Assembly: GCA_963575745.1 (NCBI GenBank)
Contig: CAUYUJ010000287.1
Location: forward strand, 1 to 64,000
Reading direction: 5' to 3'
Origin: Prorocentrum cordatum
Taxonomy: Eukaryota
DNA: 64,000 nt
The notes under the pieces were generated by a model. That model had not been told where the DNA came from. It worked only from the letters and a program-made list of their open reading frames with translations, and searched no databases. Positions 53,346-64,000 of the stretch are shown here, piece by piece. Position numbers and translations under genes: made by a program. The stretch's first letter is position 1, and the number at the start of each line of letters is the position of its first letter.

Positions 53346-53431
53346 TGGCCATTTCGGGCCTAGAGGCTATCGTCGCTCGTTTGCCAAGCACCCCAGACCT
53401 GTGCAAACGAACCGATCGGAACATTAGACGA

Positions 53432-53472
53432 ATGGTGGAACGCAGATTGTTCCCCGTAATGTGGTTGCTCTT

Positions 53473-53548
<76 letters not shown>

Positions 53549-54559
53549 GAATATTATTACTTCTAAAGAATAATTATTGTTGGGCCCCCTGGTGCACGCC
53601 CCCCTCGCCGCGCCTAGGCCGCAGCCACATTTTCATCATTTTCGTGAGGAAGTCTCAGGCAAAACGGGGGAGTCCGGATCCGGTTGTTTTGTTGACGCCC
53701 GCTTTCCCTGTCAAAAAACAATATAAAATGACATGTCTTGTTCTAACATAACCAAACTTCAAGAATCCTTTGCAAAAAATGACACGAAGTGCACACTCGC
53801 GCGCGCAAGATGAAATCCTTCCAAAACCTTAGTTTTCGTAGCGATTTTAACATAAAAACATGAAAAACCCAATGGTTTTTCAAAAAAAAGTTTCAAAAAT
53901 TCATCCCGCGCGCTCTTGCGGATTTCTTAGGAAACCCAATACTTTTTCAACATTTCTGTCAAACGGGCTCTTGCGAGCAACTTTTTCACGTGCTTCGAAC
54001 TTCTGCAACAACGGTTGCGCGCCTGCCAGGGCCATCATCCCTGTCAAATAATACCATATGGGACACATTCGTTTTTTCTTCGCGCGCGCACGCCGAAATC
54101 TTCAAACACCATTGGGTTTCTTAAGAATTTCAGCACCGCGTATCATAAAATCGCACGAATCGCACCGTAGGTCCTCGAAAAACACGTGCACGGATTTTCA
54201 AAATTTCTACCCGCGCGCGCTGTCCGAATCCTTAAGAACCAATGGTTTTTCAACATTTATGTTACATGAGCTCGCGCGAGCTACTTACGCAAGCTCTTTC
54301 AACGGCGTTCGCGCGCCTGCCAGGGACCACAATCCGCCAGTGTAGTAGCCACGCGCCAGTGTAGTAGCCACGGTCGTCCGCAGGCCACGAAGTGAAGTGT
54401 CCGAACGTCATAGGGCGGGAAGCTGGGTGTGGGTGGTGGCGAAGAGTCGTTTGGAAATGTGGTAGAGCTTGAACCGGCCCCCCCACAAAGTGGGGGTATT
54501 GCCCGCCTCCTATGAAAACCCTGGCACTGGTGAGAACGGAGTGTCCCCACGTGCTAGTA

Positions 54560-54641
<82 letters not shown>

Positions 54642-55990
54642 CGTTCGCATGCTCGTCGCGTGATGGTTCCATTCGCGTGTATAGATTCGCAGTCAGTATC
54701 AGGCTCTCGCGGACCATTGCGCGCCCGCTTTCATCGATGCAGAGCGAAGGAGTCCCAGGTGCTGGGTGCACAGGCCCCAGGGAGAGTGCATTGCATGGCG
54801 CGAGCCAGTCGAGCAGCTCAGGGTGCACTGAAGTGATTCCGCATGGTTGCAAGGTGCTTTTGTATGGCGCTATGGGTCGGCACAATTTCGGTGATATGCT
54901 GATGCCGTGGATCGTGGAAACGATGCTGCAAAGACGCTGCGGTTTCTGTCCCGACGATTTCTTGCATGCTGACGTTGCAGGCGCCGATATGCGGGCGTAT
55001 GGCGGTCATCTTGTCATTGGCGTTGGCTCTTTGTTCTCCAACATGTACAATGGCTCTCTCGATGTGATCTTTTGTGGAGGGGAAACTCTCCATGACTTGT
55101 CGCTCAATAGTGCGCTGGGTTTTTTTGGAGGTGGTTTCAAAGCTTGCAATCGGGGCGACTTCATGCACAGAGGCTGCAGCCTTTCCTACTTGCTGCCCAA
55201 GGACAAGTTTGCCAAACCTGGCTTGTTCATCGCCAACACAATTGGAGGTGTAGGCACCTCAATAATCAATCAGAGCTGGTTTGACCATTGCACGCTCCGC
55301 CAAAATCTTCATCGGGCTGGCTACGAAGACTGCCTGGTGGCCCCAGACAGCGTGATCATGATCAACACTTTGTTTGGCGAGTCCATATCTCTTCGCACAA
55401 GCGGCCTACCAATGGGGAGATATTTCGCTTGGCAGTTCAGGGAGGGAGTTCACTTTGACGATGGATTTGTTGATGCTATGTTGGCAGCGGCGAGAACGAA
55501 CAACGCCAGCATCGTCATGTTCCGAGCAGGCGCTGCGCCTGGCCACGATGCTCTGAAGCCGTATGAGGCTATGAAGTCCAGGCTTGAAAACACAGACTCT
55601 TCAATTGCTGTGACCATATTCGATGGGCTCAACATTTGGGGTATAAGTGCTTTAATATCCAGAGCAACGCTTTTGATTTCCACAAGTTTGCACTGCCGCA
55701 TCATCGCTTTCTCCTTCTATGTGCCTCGCGTGACAGTTGTTCTTGGGCCGAGTGGTAACATCGGGCTAAGCAAGCACTTCGCATTCATGAAGGACTGGGA
55801 CGGGGACTGGGATTACAGTCGCGATGCTTCGGATGCGCGAATTGGCCTTTCAATCCAAGAAGCTCTCCGGCCTTCGAGTAAGGTTGTCTTCGACAACAGC
55901 ACGCGACGGGGCGTCGGCATATACGAGAATGTATTCAAGACGTGGGCTGACAGTCTCCACAAGGGGTGGAAATCGCATGGCAGGAGTTGA
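53432..55990 (+). pseudogene. Polysaccharide pyruvyl-transferase family retrogene, interrupted near its 5' end by a (GTT)n element
   Basis: ATG 53432 gives MVERRLFPVMWLLFI(V)n. After the insert the sequence resumes at 54641 (SFACSSR...) for 449 uninterrupted codons. Family motifs: LYGAMGRHNFGDMLMP, IFCGGETL, APDSV and ISRATLLISTSLHCRIIAFSFYVP. Confidence 0.85.
53549..54560. mobile_element. Fourth copy of the (GTT)n-embedded element, inserted in the retrogene
   Basis: Same termini and body as the copies at 44856-47866; flanked by (GTT)n at 53477-53548 and 54563-54640. Confidence 0.9.
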
Positions 55991-56106
55991 CGCCAGTGAG
56001 AACAATACGGACCGAGATGTTCATGGTTTGGAGTGCGCATTCTTGCCATCTGTCTCATCACCATACATACGTAATTTGGAGAGACTGTATTATTAGTGGG
56101 GGAACA

Positions 56107-56126
56107 AAGAGGCCCATAAGGACCCC
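56107..56126 (+). repeat. Right 20-bp target-site duplication of the retrocopy
   Basis: Identical to 53287-53306. Confidence 0.9.
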
Positions 56127-56574
56127 ACAAGAGGCTTCAAAGTCGTTCCCATGTGCTCCAAAGAGGCCCCATCCGCCCCCAAAAGCGCTGCTAAGAAGCT
56201 CCACCCGCTCCCAAGAGCCTCCCAAGAGGCTCCACGGGCCTTTCAAGACGCCGCCTCGGAGCCACAAGAAGCCCTACAGAAGCCCCCAAGAGGCCCCCAA
56301 TACGCCCCCAAGAGGCCCCACAGGCTTCAAGACGTTCCCGAGACGCCTGCCAAGATACTCTTGCAACGCCGAATTCATGTCGAGCCGAAACAGCGCACCG
56401 CCAAATCGTGAGCGAGAGCTCCTTAAGCTGCGGCCCTTCTTACCCTGGCTTCGTGAAGTCACTCGAGCTTTCACGACGTCAAAGGCGACCCAAGAGGCCC
56501 CCAAGCTCGTCCCAATACGGCCCAAGAGGCCCCCAAGAGGGCCCAACACCGCCCCAGAGGGCCCCCCGACTCGC

Positions 56575-57300
56575 GGATCCTTACAGGGTCCTGCACGATT
56601 CCATAGGAACCCTAGACGGATCCTATAGGATCCTTACAGGGTCCTGCACGATTCCATAGGAACCCTAGAGGATTCCGATAGGATCCTTACAGGGTCCTGC
56701 ACGATCCCATAGGAACCCTAGAGGGATCCTATAGGATCCTTACCGGGTCCTGCACGATTCCATCGGGACCCTACAGGGATCCTGTAGGATCCTTTACAGG
56801 GTCCAACAGGATCCCATAGAAACCCTATAGGAGTCCTATAGGGTCCCTACAGGGTCCTGCACGATTCCATCGGAGCCCTAGAGGGGTCCTCTAGGGTCCC
56901 TACAAGGCCCAACAGGATCCCATCGGAACCCTATAGGGGTCCTATAGGATCCGTATAGGGTCCTGCACGATTCCATAGGAACCGTATATGGATCTTATAG
57001 GATCCTTACAGGGTCCTGCACGGTTCCATCGGAACCCTATAGGGGTCCTATAGGATCCTTACAAGGTCCAACAGGATCCCACCGGAACCCTATAGGGATC
57101 CGATAGGATTCTTACAGGGTCCTGCACGATTCCATAGGGACCCTATGGGGATCCCATAGGATCCTTACAGGGTCCTGCACGATTCCATTGGAACACCATG
57201 GGGATCCCATAGGATCCTTACAGGGTCCTGCACGATTCCATAGGAGTCCTATAGGGATCCTATAGGATCCTTCGAGGGTCCTCTACGATTGCATAGGAGT
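56575..57300. repeat. ~53-bp tandem satellite with internal palindromes
   Basis: Unit ttacagggtcctgcacgattccataggaaccctagacggatcctataggatcc; consecutive starts at 56581 and 56634. Confidence 0.9.
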
Positions 57301-57462
57301 CCTAACAGGATGAGGAGCTGGCCTCGCTGGCGCGTGGTCGGTTTTCGGACACAGGAGTGCGTGGGGAACAGTAAGGGAGCCAACGGAGATTCGGAAACAC
57401 ATATAGATTTACGTTAGCGTATGACAGAGGTGTTGCGCATTGCTCCCCCCCCCCGGGGCAAA

Positions 57463-57556
57463 AACTGCAACGTGTGGCCTGGGGCAGTGCGCTCGCCCTG
57501 GGGGCGAGGACACTCCCACGGGCCCCGCCGGGGTGGCCTGAGAGAGTGTCCTTGCG
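57463..57556. repeat. 94-bp hairpin-rich element, copy 2, followed by (GTT)n
   Basis: 93/94 identical to 52221-52314. Confidence 0.85.
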
Positions 57557-57639
<83 letters not shown>

Positions 57640-57699
57640 GATTTTCGCTTTTGAGGAATCGTGTTTTTGAATTGAATTGCCCACCGTGGGGCTCGCACC

Positions 57700-59420
57700 C
57701 TGAATTTTCCTAGGGAAAGTCTTCCTCCTCAGACTGCGTTGTTAGGCCCCGGTTTACAACAACAACGGCTCCCGCCTGATACTTCCTTGCAATGTATTGG
57801 AGAATCGCGCTCTGTCGCGGGACTTCCTCCCACTTTACGTACGAAATGTACTCTCGCGTGGGATTTCCTTGCAGTTTATTCGAACGATGCACCCTCGGCG
57901 CCCAGGAATCACGCTCTCGCTTTGGGCTTTCTCACGGTTTACTTGGGATTCGCGCTATCGCTCGAGACTTCCTCGCGATTCATGCAGAACCCACGCTTCA
58001 GCAACCCGCCTGCTCGATTTGTCGCCTGGGCCCGCCTTCCCGACCTGCCCGCGATGGGTCTGCCCACCCGATCTGCCCATCTGGTTCTACCACTTGGTTT
58101 CTGCTCCTGGCCCCCCTACTGTTAATTTCTCGTGTGTTCCATTATTCTTCCTCCCCCGTTACCCGTCCTCTCTTCCCTTGTTTTAGGGGCTGCGCTAAAT
58201 GCACGTGGCAGGTGAGGAAGATGTACCCCAAGGGGGTACGATCGAAGACGACGAGGGCGGGTGCCGAGTTTTTGGGATCTACGTAATGATTGACACGCGA
58301 GCAGATCGGAACGAACAGTCTTAAAACTATTATTGTTGGTCAGTTTTTTATTAATGAAGAACACTATTGTTGATCCCCCCTCCAGTGACCATTGTGTTTT
58401 GTCAATTGAAGTGCTTCCACCTGGGCTCGCATCTTGTTTTTGGCAGGGAAAGTCGCTAGGGTCAAACTGTGCCCCTGGTTCCCGGGTGACGCCTAAGACT
58501 TCCGCAGAATTTCGCCAGGACCCCCGCTCCCGCCTGAGGCTTCCTTATACAAGAATCGCTTTCTCGGCGCTCTGGAGTCGCGCTCTCGCTGGAGACTTGC
58601 TTGCAATTCATACAAGAATCGCGCGCTTGCGTTGGACATCCCCGGAATGTACTCAAGCGCCGCGCTCAGGAGTCGCGTTCACGCCTATGACTCCTCCACA
58701 GCTTACTTAGGAATCCGGATCTCGCTGCCCTTCGTGGCCCCGTTGCAGCCCTTCGTGGCCCCCTAGCTGCCCGTCGTGTGGCCCCGTTGCAGCCCTTCGT
58801 GGCCCCCTCGCTGCCCTTCGTGGCCCCTCGCAGCCCTCCGTGACCCCCTCGCTGCCCTTCGTGGCCCTGTTGCAGCCCTTCGTGGCCCCCTCGATGCCCT
58901 TCGTGGCCCCGTTGCAGCCCTTCGTGGGCCCCTTCGCTGCCCTTCGTGGCCCCGTTGCAGCCCTTCGTGACTCCCTCGCTACCCTTCGTGGCACAGTTCC
59001 TTCGTTGCCCCCTCGCTGCCCTTCGTGGCCCCGTGGCAGATCGCGCTATCGCTCGAGACATCGTCGCGATTACGCGTCAGCAACCCGTTTGCTCGACCTG
59101 GCCGCCTGGGCCCGCCTTCGATCCGCTCGTTAGGGCCTATCCGCCCGATCTGCCTGTCTGGTTCTGCCACTTGTTTTCTGCTCCTAGCCCCCCTTCTGCT
59201 ATTCCCTCTCGTGCTCCATTATCCTCCTTTCCCCTTGTCCCTTCCTTTCAACCGTCTTCTCTTCCCCTGCCTCAGGGGCTGCACGAAATAAACGTTGCAG
59301 GTAAGGAATCTATACCCCTAAGGTGGTACGATCGAAGACGAAGAGGGCGTATCGAGGGTTTGGGGTATACGTGTTGAGGGACACGCGAGCAGATAAGAGC
59401 GATCTATATTAAAACTCTTG
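57700..59420. repeat. Two diverged direct copies of a ~0.65-kb sequence; the second contains a 21-bp tandem repeat (58723-59035)
   Basis: cagcaacccg..tgctcga...cgcctgggcccgccttc...gtacgatcgaagacga...gacacgcgagcagat occurs at ~58000-58310 and ~59078-59395. The internal repeat unit is gcccttcgtggccccgttgca. Confidence 0.8.
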
Positions 59421-59720
59421 TTGTTATCATTGTCATTTGTTGTTGTTGATGCTGCTGCTGTTGGTGATGATGATGATTCACATGATGGTAATGCTGATAC
59501 TGCTGATCATGACGATGAATATGATGAGGATAATTATGACACTGAGGTCGATAATGATGATGGTGAGAGTGATGATCATGATGATGATGATGATGCCGAT
59601 GCTGAATATGATGATTGTGATGATGATGCTTTTGCTCATGATGATGTGGATGATGATGATGATGACGAGGATGCGGATGGTGATGCTGATGATGATGGGG
59701 ATGAGGAAGATGAGGATGGA

Positions 59721-59769
<49 letters not shown>

Positions 59770-60148
59770 GGGATGATGATGACGATATTGTTGTCGATGC
59801 TGATGATGGAGATGCTTAAACTGATATTACTGATGATGCTCATGATGATGATGATAATGATGATGATGATGATGATGATGATGCTGATGATGATGATGAT
59901 GATGTTGAGGAGGATTATGATGATGATGATGTTGACAAGGATGAGGGTGAGGGTGATGATGATCATGATGATGCTGATGATGATGCTGATGATGTTGTTT
60001 GTCATGAGGACGACGCTGCTGCTGACGATGATGAGGTTGATGATGCTGATGATGAGGACGAGGATGAAGACGGTGCTGCTGCTGATGATGCTGATGCTGC
60101 TGCTGCTGCTGCTGATGATGAAGATGATGATGATGATGATGATGATGC

Positions 60149-60219
<71 letters not shown>

Positions 60220-61244
60220 CAGGTGTTGCTGCTGTTGTTGATGATGACGGTGGTGGTGGTGGTGATGATGATGTTGATGAGGAAAATTGCGATGCTGCTT
60301 ATGCTGATGATGACGAGGATGATGAGGCTGATGATTTCCCAATCAGAGCTTTCCTCTGTAGGGGTCCTAGCGGATTCATGTGTGCAGGTGACCTACGTCG
60401 ACGATTTCGGTGGCCGGGCCGCGGTGCCCGGGTGCCCGGGGGATCCCGGGTGCCCGGGTGCCTGGGGGTGCCCGGAGGTGCCCCAGGGTGCCCGGAGGTG
60501 CCCAGGGTTGCCCGTGTACCCGCTTGCCCGGGTGCTCTATCGCCTTACAGCCCTTTAGCCCAATAGCCCATATAGCCCAATAGCCCATATAGTCCCAAAG
60601 CCCTATATCCCCATAGCCGAATAGCCCAACAGCCTCATAGCCAAATAGCCCACATAGCACTATAGCCCTATAGCTCTATAGCCCTACAGCCCTATAGCCC
60701 TATAGACCTGTAGCCCCATTGCCCTATAGCTCTATAGCCTTCTAGCCCAATATCCTAGTAGCCAATACAGCTCTATAGCCCATATAGCCCTGTAGCCCTA
60801 TTGCCCTACAGCCCTATTGCCCTACAGCCCTATAGCCCTACAACCCTATAGCCCTAAAGCCCTATAGCCCTATAGCCCTACAGCCCTACAGCCCTACAGC
60901 CCTATAGCTCTATAGCCCTGTAACCCTAAGAACATTCGGATGAGGTCGATAAGGATGAGGGCGAGGGTGATGATGATGATGATGCTGAGGATGCTGATTG
61001 CGACGAGGATGAGGCTGCTGATGATGATCATGAGGATGATACTGATGCTGATGCTGATGCTGATTCTGCTGATGATGCTGATGATGATGCTGAGGAGGAG
61101 GAGGAGGAGGTGGAGGATGCGGATGACGATGATGCTGATGATGATGACGATGATGTCGTTGATGATGATGTTGATGAAAATGATGAGGAGGATCAGGATG
61201 ATGATGAGGGTGAGGGTGATGATGCAATTGCTGATGGTGCTGGT

Positions 61245-61287
<43 letters not shown>

Positions 61288-61579
61288 CGGATGATGATAC
61301 CGATGATGATGCTGATGATGCTGATGATGCTGCTGACGATGATGATGATGATGATGCTAAACATGATGCTGGTTATGTTGATCATGCTGATGCTGCTGAT
61401 GATGATGATGATGATGATTACGGTAATGATGATGCAGTTGATGATGATGATGATGATGATGATGACGACGATGATGATGATGATGATGATGATACTGATG
61501 ATGATGATGATGATGATGATGATGCTGACGACGACGATGCTGCTGACGATAATGCTGATGATGCTGGTGTCGATGCTTG

Positions 61580-61617
<38 letters not shown>

Positions 61618-61620
61618 CTG

Positions 61621-61652
<32 letters not shown>

Positions 61653-61850
61653 GATGATGGTGATGGTGATGCTGATGAGGCTGATGATGCTCATGATCAT
61701 GTTGATGATGATTCGGATGCTGCTGCTGATGATGATGATGGTGATGATGCTTATGCTGCTGATGATGCTGCTGATGCTGCTGATGATTACGACGATGACG
61801 AGGAGGAGAAGGAGGAGGAGGAGGAGACGGAGGAGGAGGATGAGGAACAC
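59420..61850. repeat. Degenerate (GAT)n tracts enclosing 9-bp repeats (cccgggtgc ~60420-60535; tagccctat ~60545-60925)
   Basis: Direct inspection. Confidence 0.9.
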
Positions 61851-61896
61851 TATAGGACTACAGGGCATGCGACAACGAACGTTGAGACACGTTGAA

Positions 61897-63350
61897 TTAT
61901 TGGCGCAGATCCTCGAGATTGGCTTCTGTAGCAATCTTGGGCGGGCCTTTCACACATGGGTGAAGGCCACGAGCGATCCGCGCCAGATGTTGCTTCCCCG
62001 TGGGGGTGGGTTCAACGCAAGGCTTACAGAGGTGCCTGGGATCCGTGGACGCTGACATCCCGCACTTACTGCAATCAACGAGATTAGATTATCCCCACTA
62101 CTGTAAGGCGTGGGACTCGTTTAAAACCTGCCCTCCTAGAACCCGCCTGCCACACGAGGGCGCGATTCCTGGGGGAGGGGCGACGTGGGCACACACCCTC
62201 GGGACCACCTCGAGGAATCTCGAACGGTTCTCGAAAAAATTGCATCTCCTGCAGTGGAATTTCGAGCCGAGCCTAATTACGCCGATCGTGCTGGGAGGCT
62301 TTCTTGGCCTGCTCAAGCTCTGGGATTCGAACGGGGCGGGGGGCCGAGGGTCTGGTTTCGGTCTACGGGTCGGCACGAATCGACTCCGCCAAGGCCCTTC
62401 TCGCACGCAGTCGGATCATATAGGTCTCGGTGTCCGCCACGTCCGTGGCAGGGGCTCTCTGGACGAATTCAGACCAGCCGACGGACGCACCCCTGGAGGC
62501 GAGTTCGTCAACGCATTCGTTGCCCACCGCCCACCACAAGTCCTGAGGCGTTCGGATGTCCTCGGGCTCGCGGTGGGAGGGGGTCCATTCAAGAAGGGGG
62601 TCCGGGCCGCGAGCCCTCGAAGCTCGTCCACTCCTGAACCAGAGGTCGGCATTTCCACAACTGAACGACGGAGCCAGATGCCGACCTCTGCTCCAGCCAT
62701 GTACGAGCGGGAGGTGGTCCGTTACGTACCGTAGCGGCCCTTGCGAGCGTTCGAGGGCCTCGATGAACGCCGTTGGCTCGGCCCCTGGGGACCGTCTGTC
62801 GGGTGCCTCCCAGACTGCACGCTATTCGTGCGACAGGAGACCATCCACCTGCCCAGAAGGCTTGCAAGGCGCACGCTCCCGAGCCAACTCTCCTGCGACG
62901 CGGGTCCGAGGAGTGCTGTCCCCCCGAGCCGTCCCCAGAGAGCGTGAGGAACCCGTCGGGGCCTCTGGGGGCTCGGGAGAAATTGCCGAGTTCGGAACGG
63001 TGGGAGGGAGGGAGGTCGAGGTCAAAGGTGGGGGTCGTATCCTCGACTCTTGGGAGGCTTCGCAGTCAATACGAAGGCCATGCCTCGTGGCCAGCGAGCT
63101 CACGAAGGAAGAGGTGGGCAGTGCCCAGTCTTTTCAGAGTCGGCGTGGCCAGCGTTGCACGTGCAGCTCCACATTCTGTGGTAGAGCGTGCCAGGCTCCA
63201 GGCCGCAGCGGGCACAGTGCGCAGGGGCGGCGTGGCTCGCCTCTGCGCGCCGCCGGCGGGTCCACTGGCCGCCTGAGACGACCGCCACGTCGAGCGCCCA
63301 GAGGTCGTCGTCCCCGCATTTCTGAAGCCGCTGCAGCTCGCGGTGCACCG
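61897..63350 (-). mobile_element. 3' fragment of a second non-LTR retrotransposon (zinc knuckle, RNase H remnant, C-terminal Cys motif)
   Basis: Minus strand reads GGQWT...HCARCGLEPGTLYHRMWSC (zf-RVT-like), then LGGTRQTVPRG (RNase H QTVxRAE position), then CSKCGMSASTDPRHLCKPC...RIARGLHP to a stop at 61897. Frameshifted throughout. Confidence 0.7.
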
Positions 63351-64000
63351 TGAGCGCGTCGGCGCCGCCTACGATGTCCGCAGAGCCCTGGAGCAGCCTG
63401 CGCCTTCCGTCGAGGAGGAGGAGGGGGAGGAAAAGGAGGAGGAGGAGGAGGAGGAGGAGGGGGAGGAAAAGGAGGAGGAGGAGGAGGAGGAGGAGGAGGA
63501 GGAGGCTGGATGGAGCATCATCAAAGAGGCCTTGGCGACTGTCTGCACTCAGACGACCGCCAGGGCCCCAGATGTCGAGTCACGAGCACCCATGGCCGCC
63601 CGCGCCATCCCTCCCCAAACATGGGATTGCAGGGGAGGTTAAGGGCCGTCCACCATGGGCCCTCTGCGCGCCGACGGTGAGCGTCGGGCAGGGGCACGCC
63701 TCGCAAGGCGGGGGGGTTCAGAGCACACCCCGAACTCCCAAGGCCCGCGCGCGCGGCGGCACCGGCGGCGCCGAGGGCTTCCCCGCCCTTACGGCGTGCC
63801 AGCGGCGCGTCCGCCCGCTCCTCGCCACCGCCCGCATCCAGGAGGGGCGGCAGGGGCCCTCTGGTGCGGCGGTGGCCCCGCGGGGCGCCGCGCTGGAGGA
63901 GGAGGAGGAGGAGGCATTAGGCATTAGGGCCTTAGACGATCGTCTCTCGCATCCAGCGACCCGATTACTTAGTAATCGGGCTCTTCGGGCTCTTCACTCC

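Noticed and set aside
57710..57892. GST-like peptide QSAILQYIARKY on the minus strand
   Set aside because: It is an isolated short match and is not preserved in the second copy of this duplicated segment.

Overview
Repeat-dominated eukaryotic DNA. A perfect 22-nt dinoflagellate spliced leader (TCCGTAGCCATTTTGGCTCAAG, 53309-53330) points to a dinoflagellate nuclear genome. Most ORFs in the track are microsatellite artefacts. Two structures stand out. (1) A decayed ~14.8-kb unit (22805-37631) is bounded by 61-bp imperfect inverted repeats. It carries a frameshifted non-LTR retrotransposon pol (APE endonuclease, RT, zinc knuckle, possible SET-like insert, RNase H) that runs on the same strand into a C2H2 zinc finger, a Upf1/NAM7-like SF1 helicase and a possible RNase III-like domain. 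(2) A processed retrocopy of a trans-spliced mRNA (53307-56106) has a full SL plus relict SLs, an intronless polysaccharide pyruvyl-transferase ORF and a perfect 20-bp target-site duplication. It was later interrupted by a (GTT)n-embedded element that has three more copies in the window. The rest is a 14-kb composite repeat array, several satellites (85, 60, 53, 21, 12 and 9 bp units), degenerate (GAT)n/(CCT)n tracts, a second LINE 3' fragment and a probable retroelement relic at the left end. All domain calls are motif recognition by eye; no searches were run.
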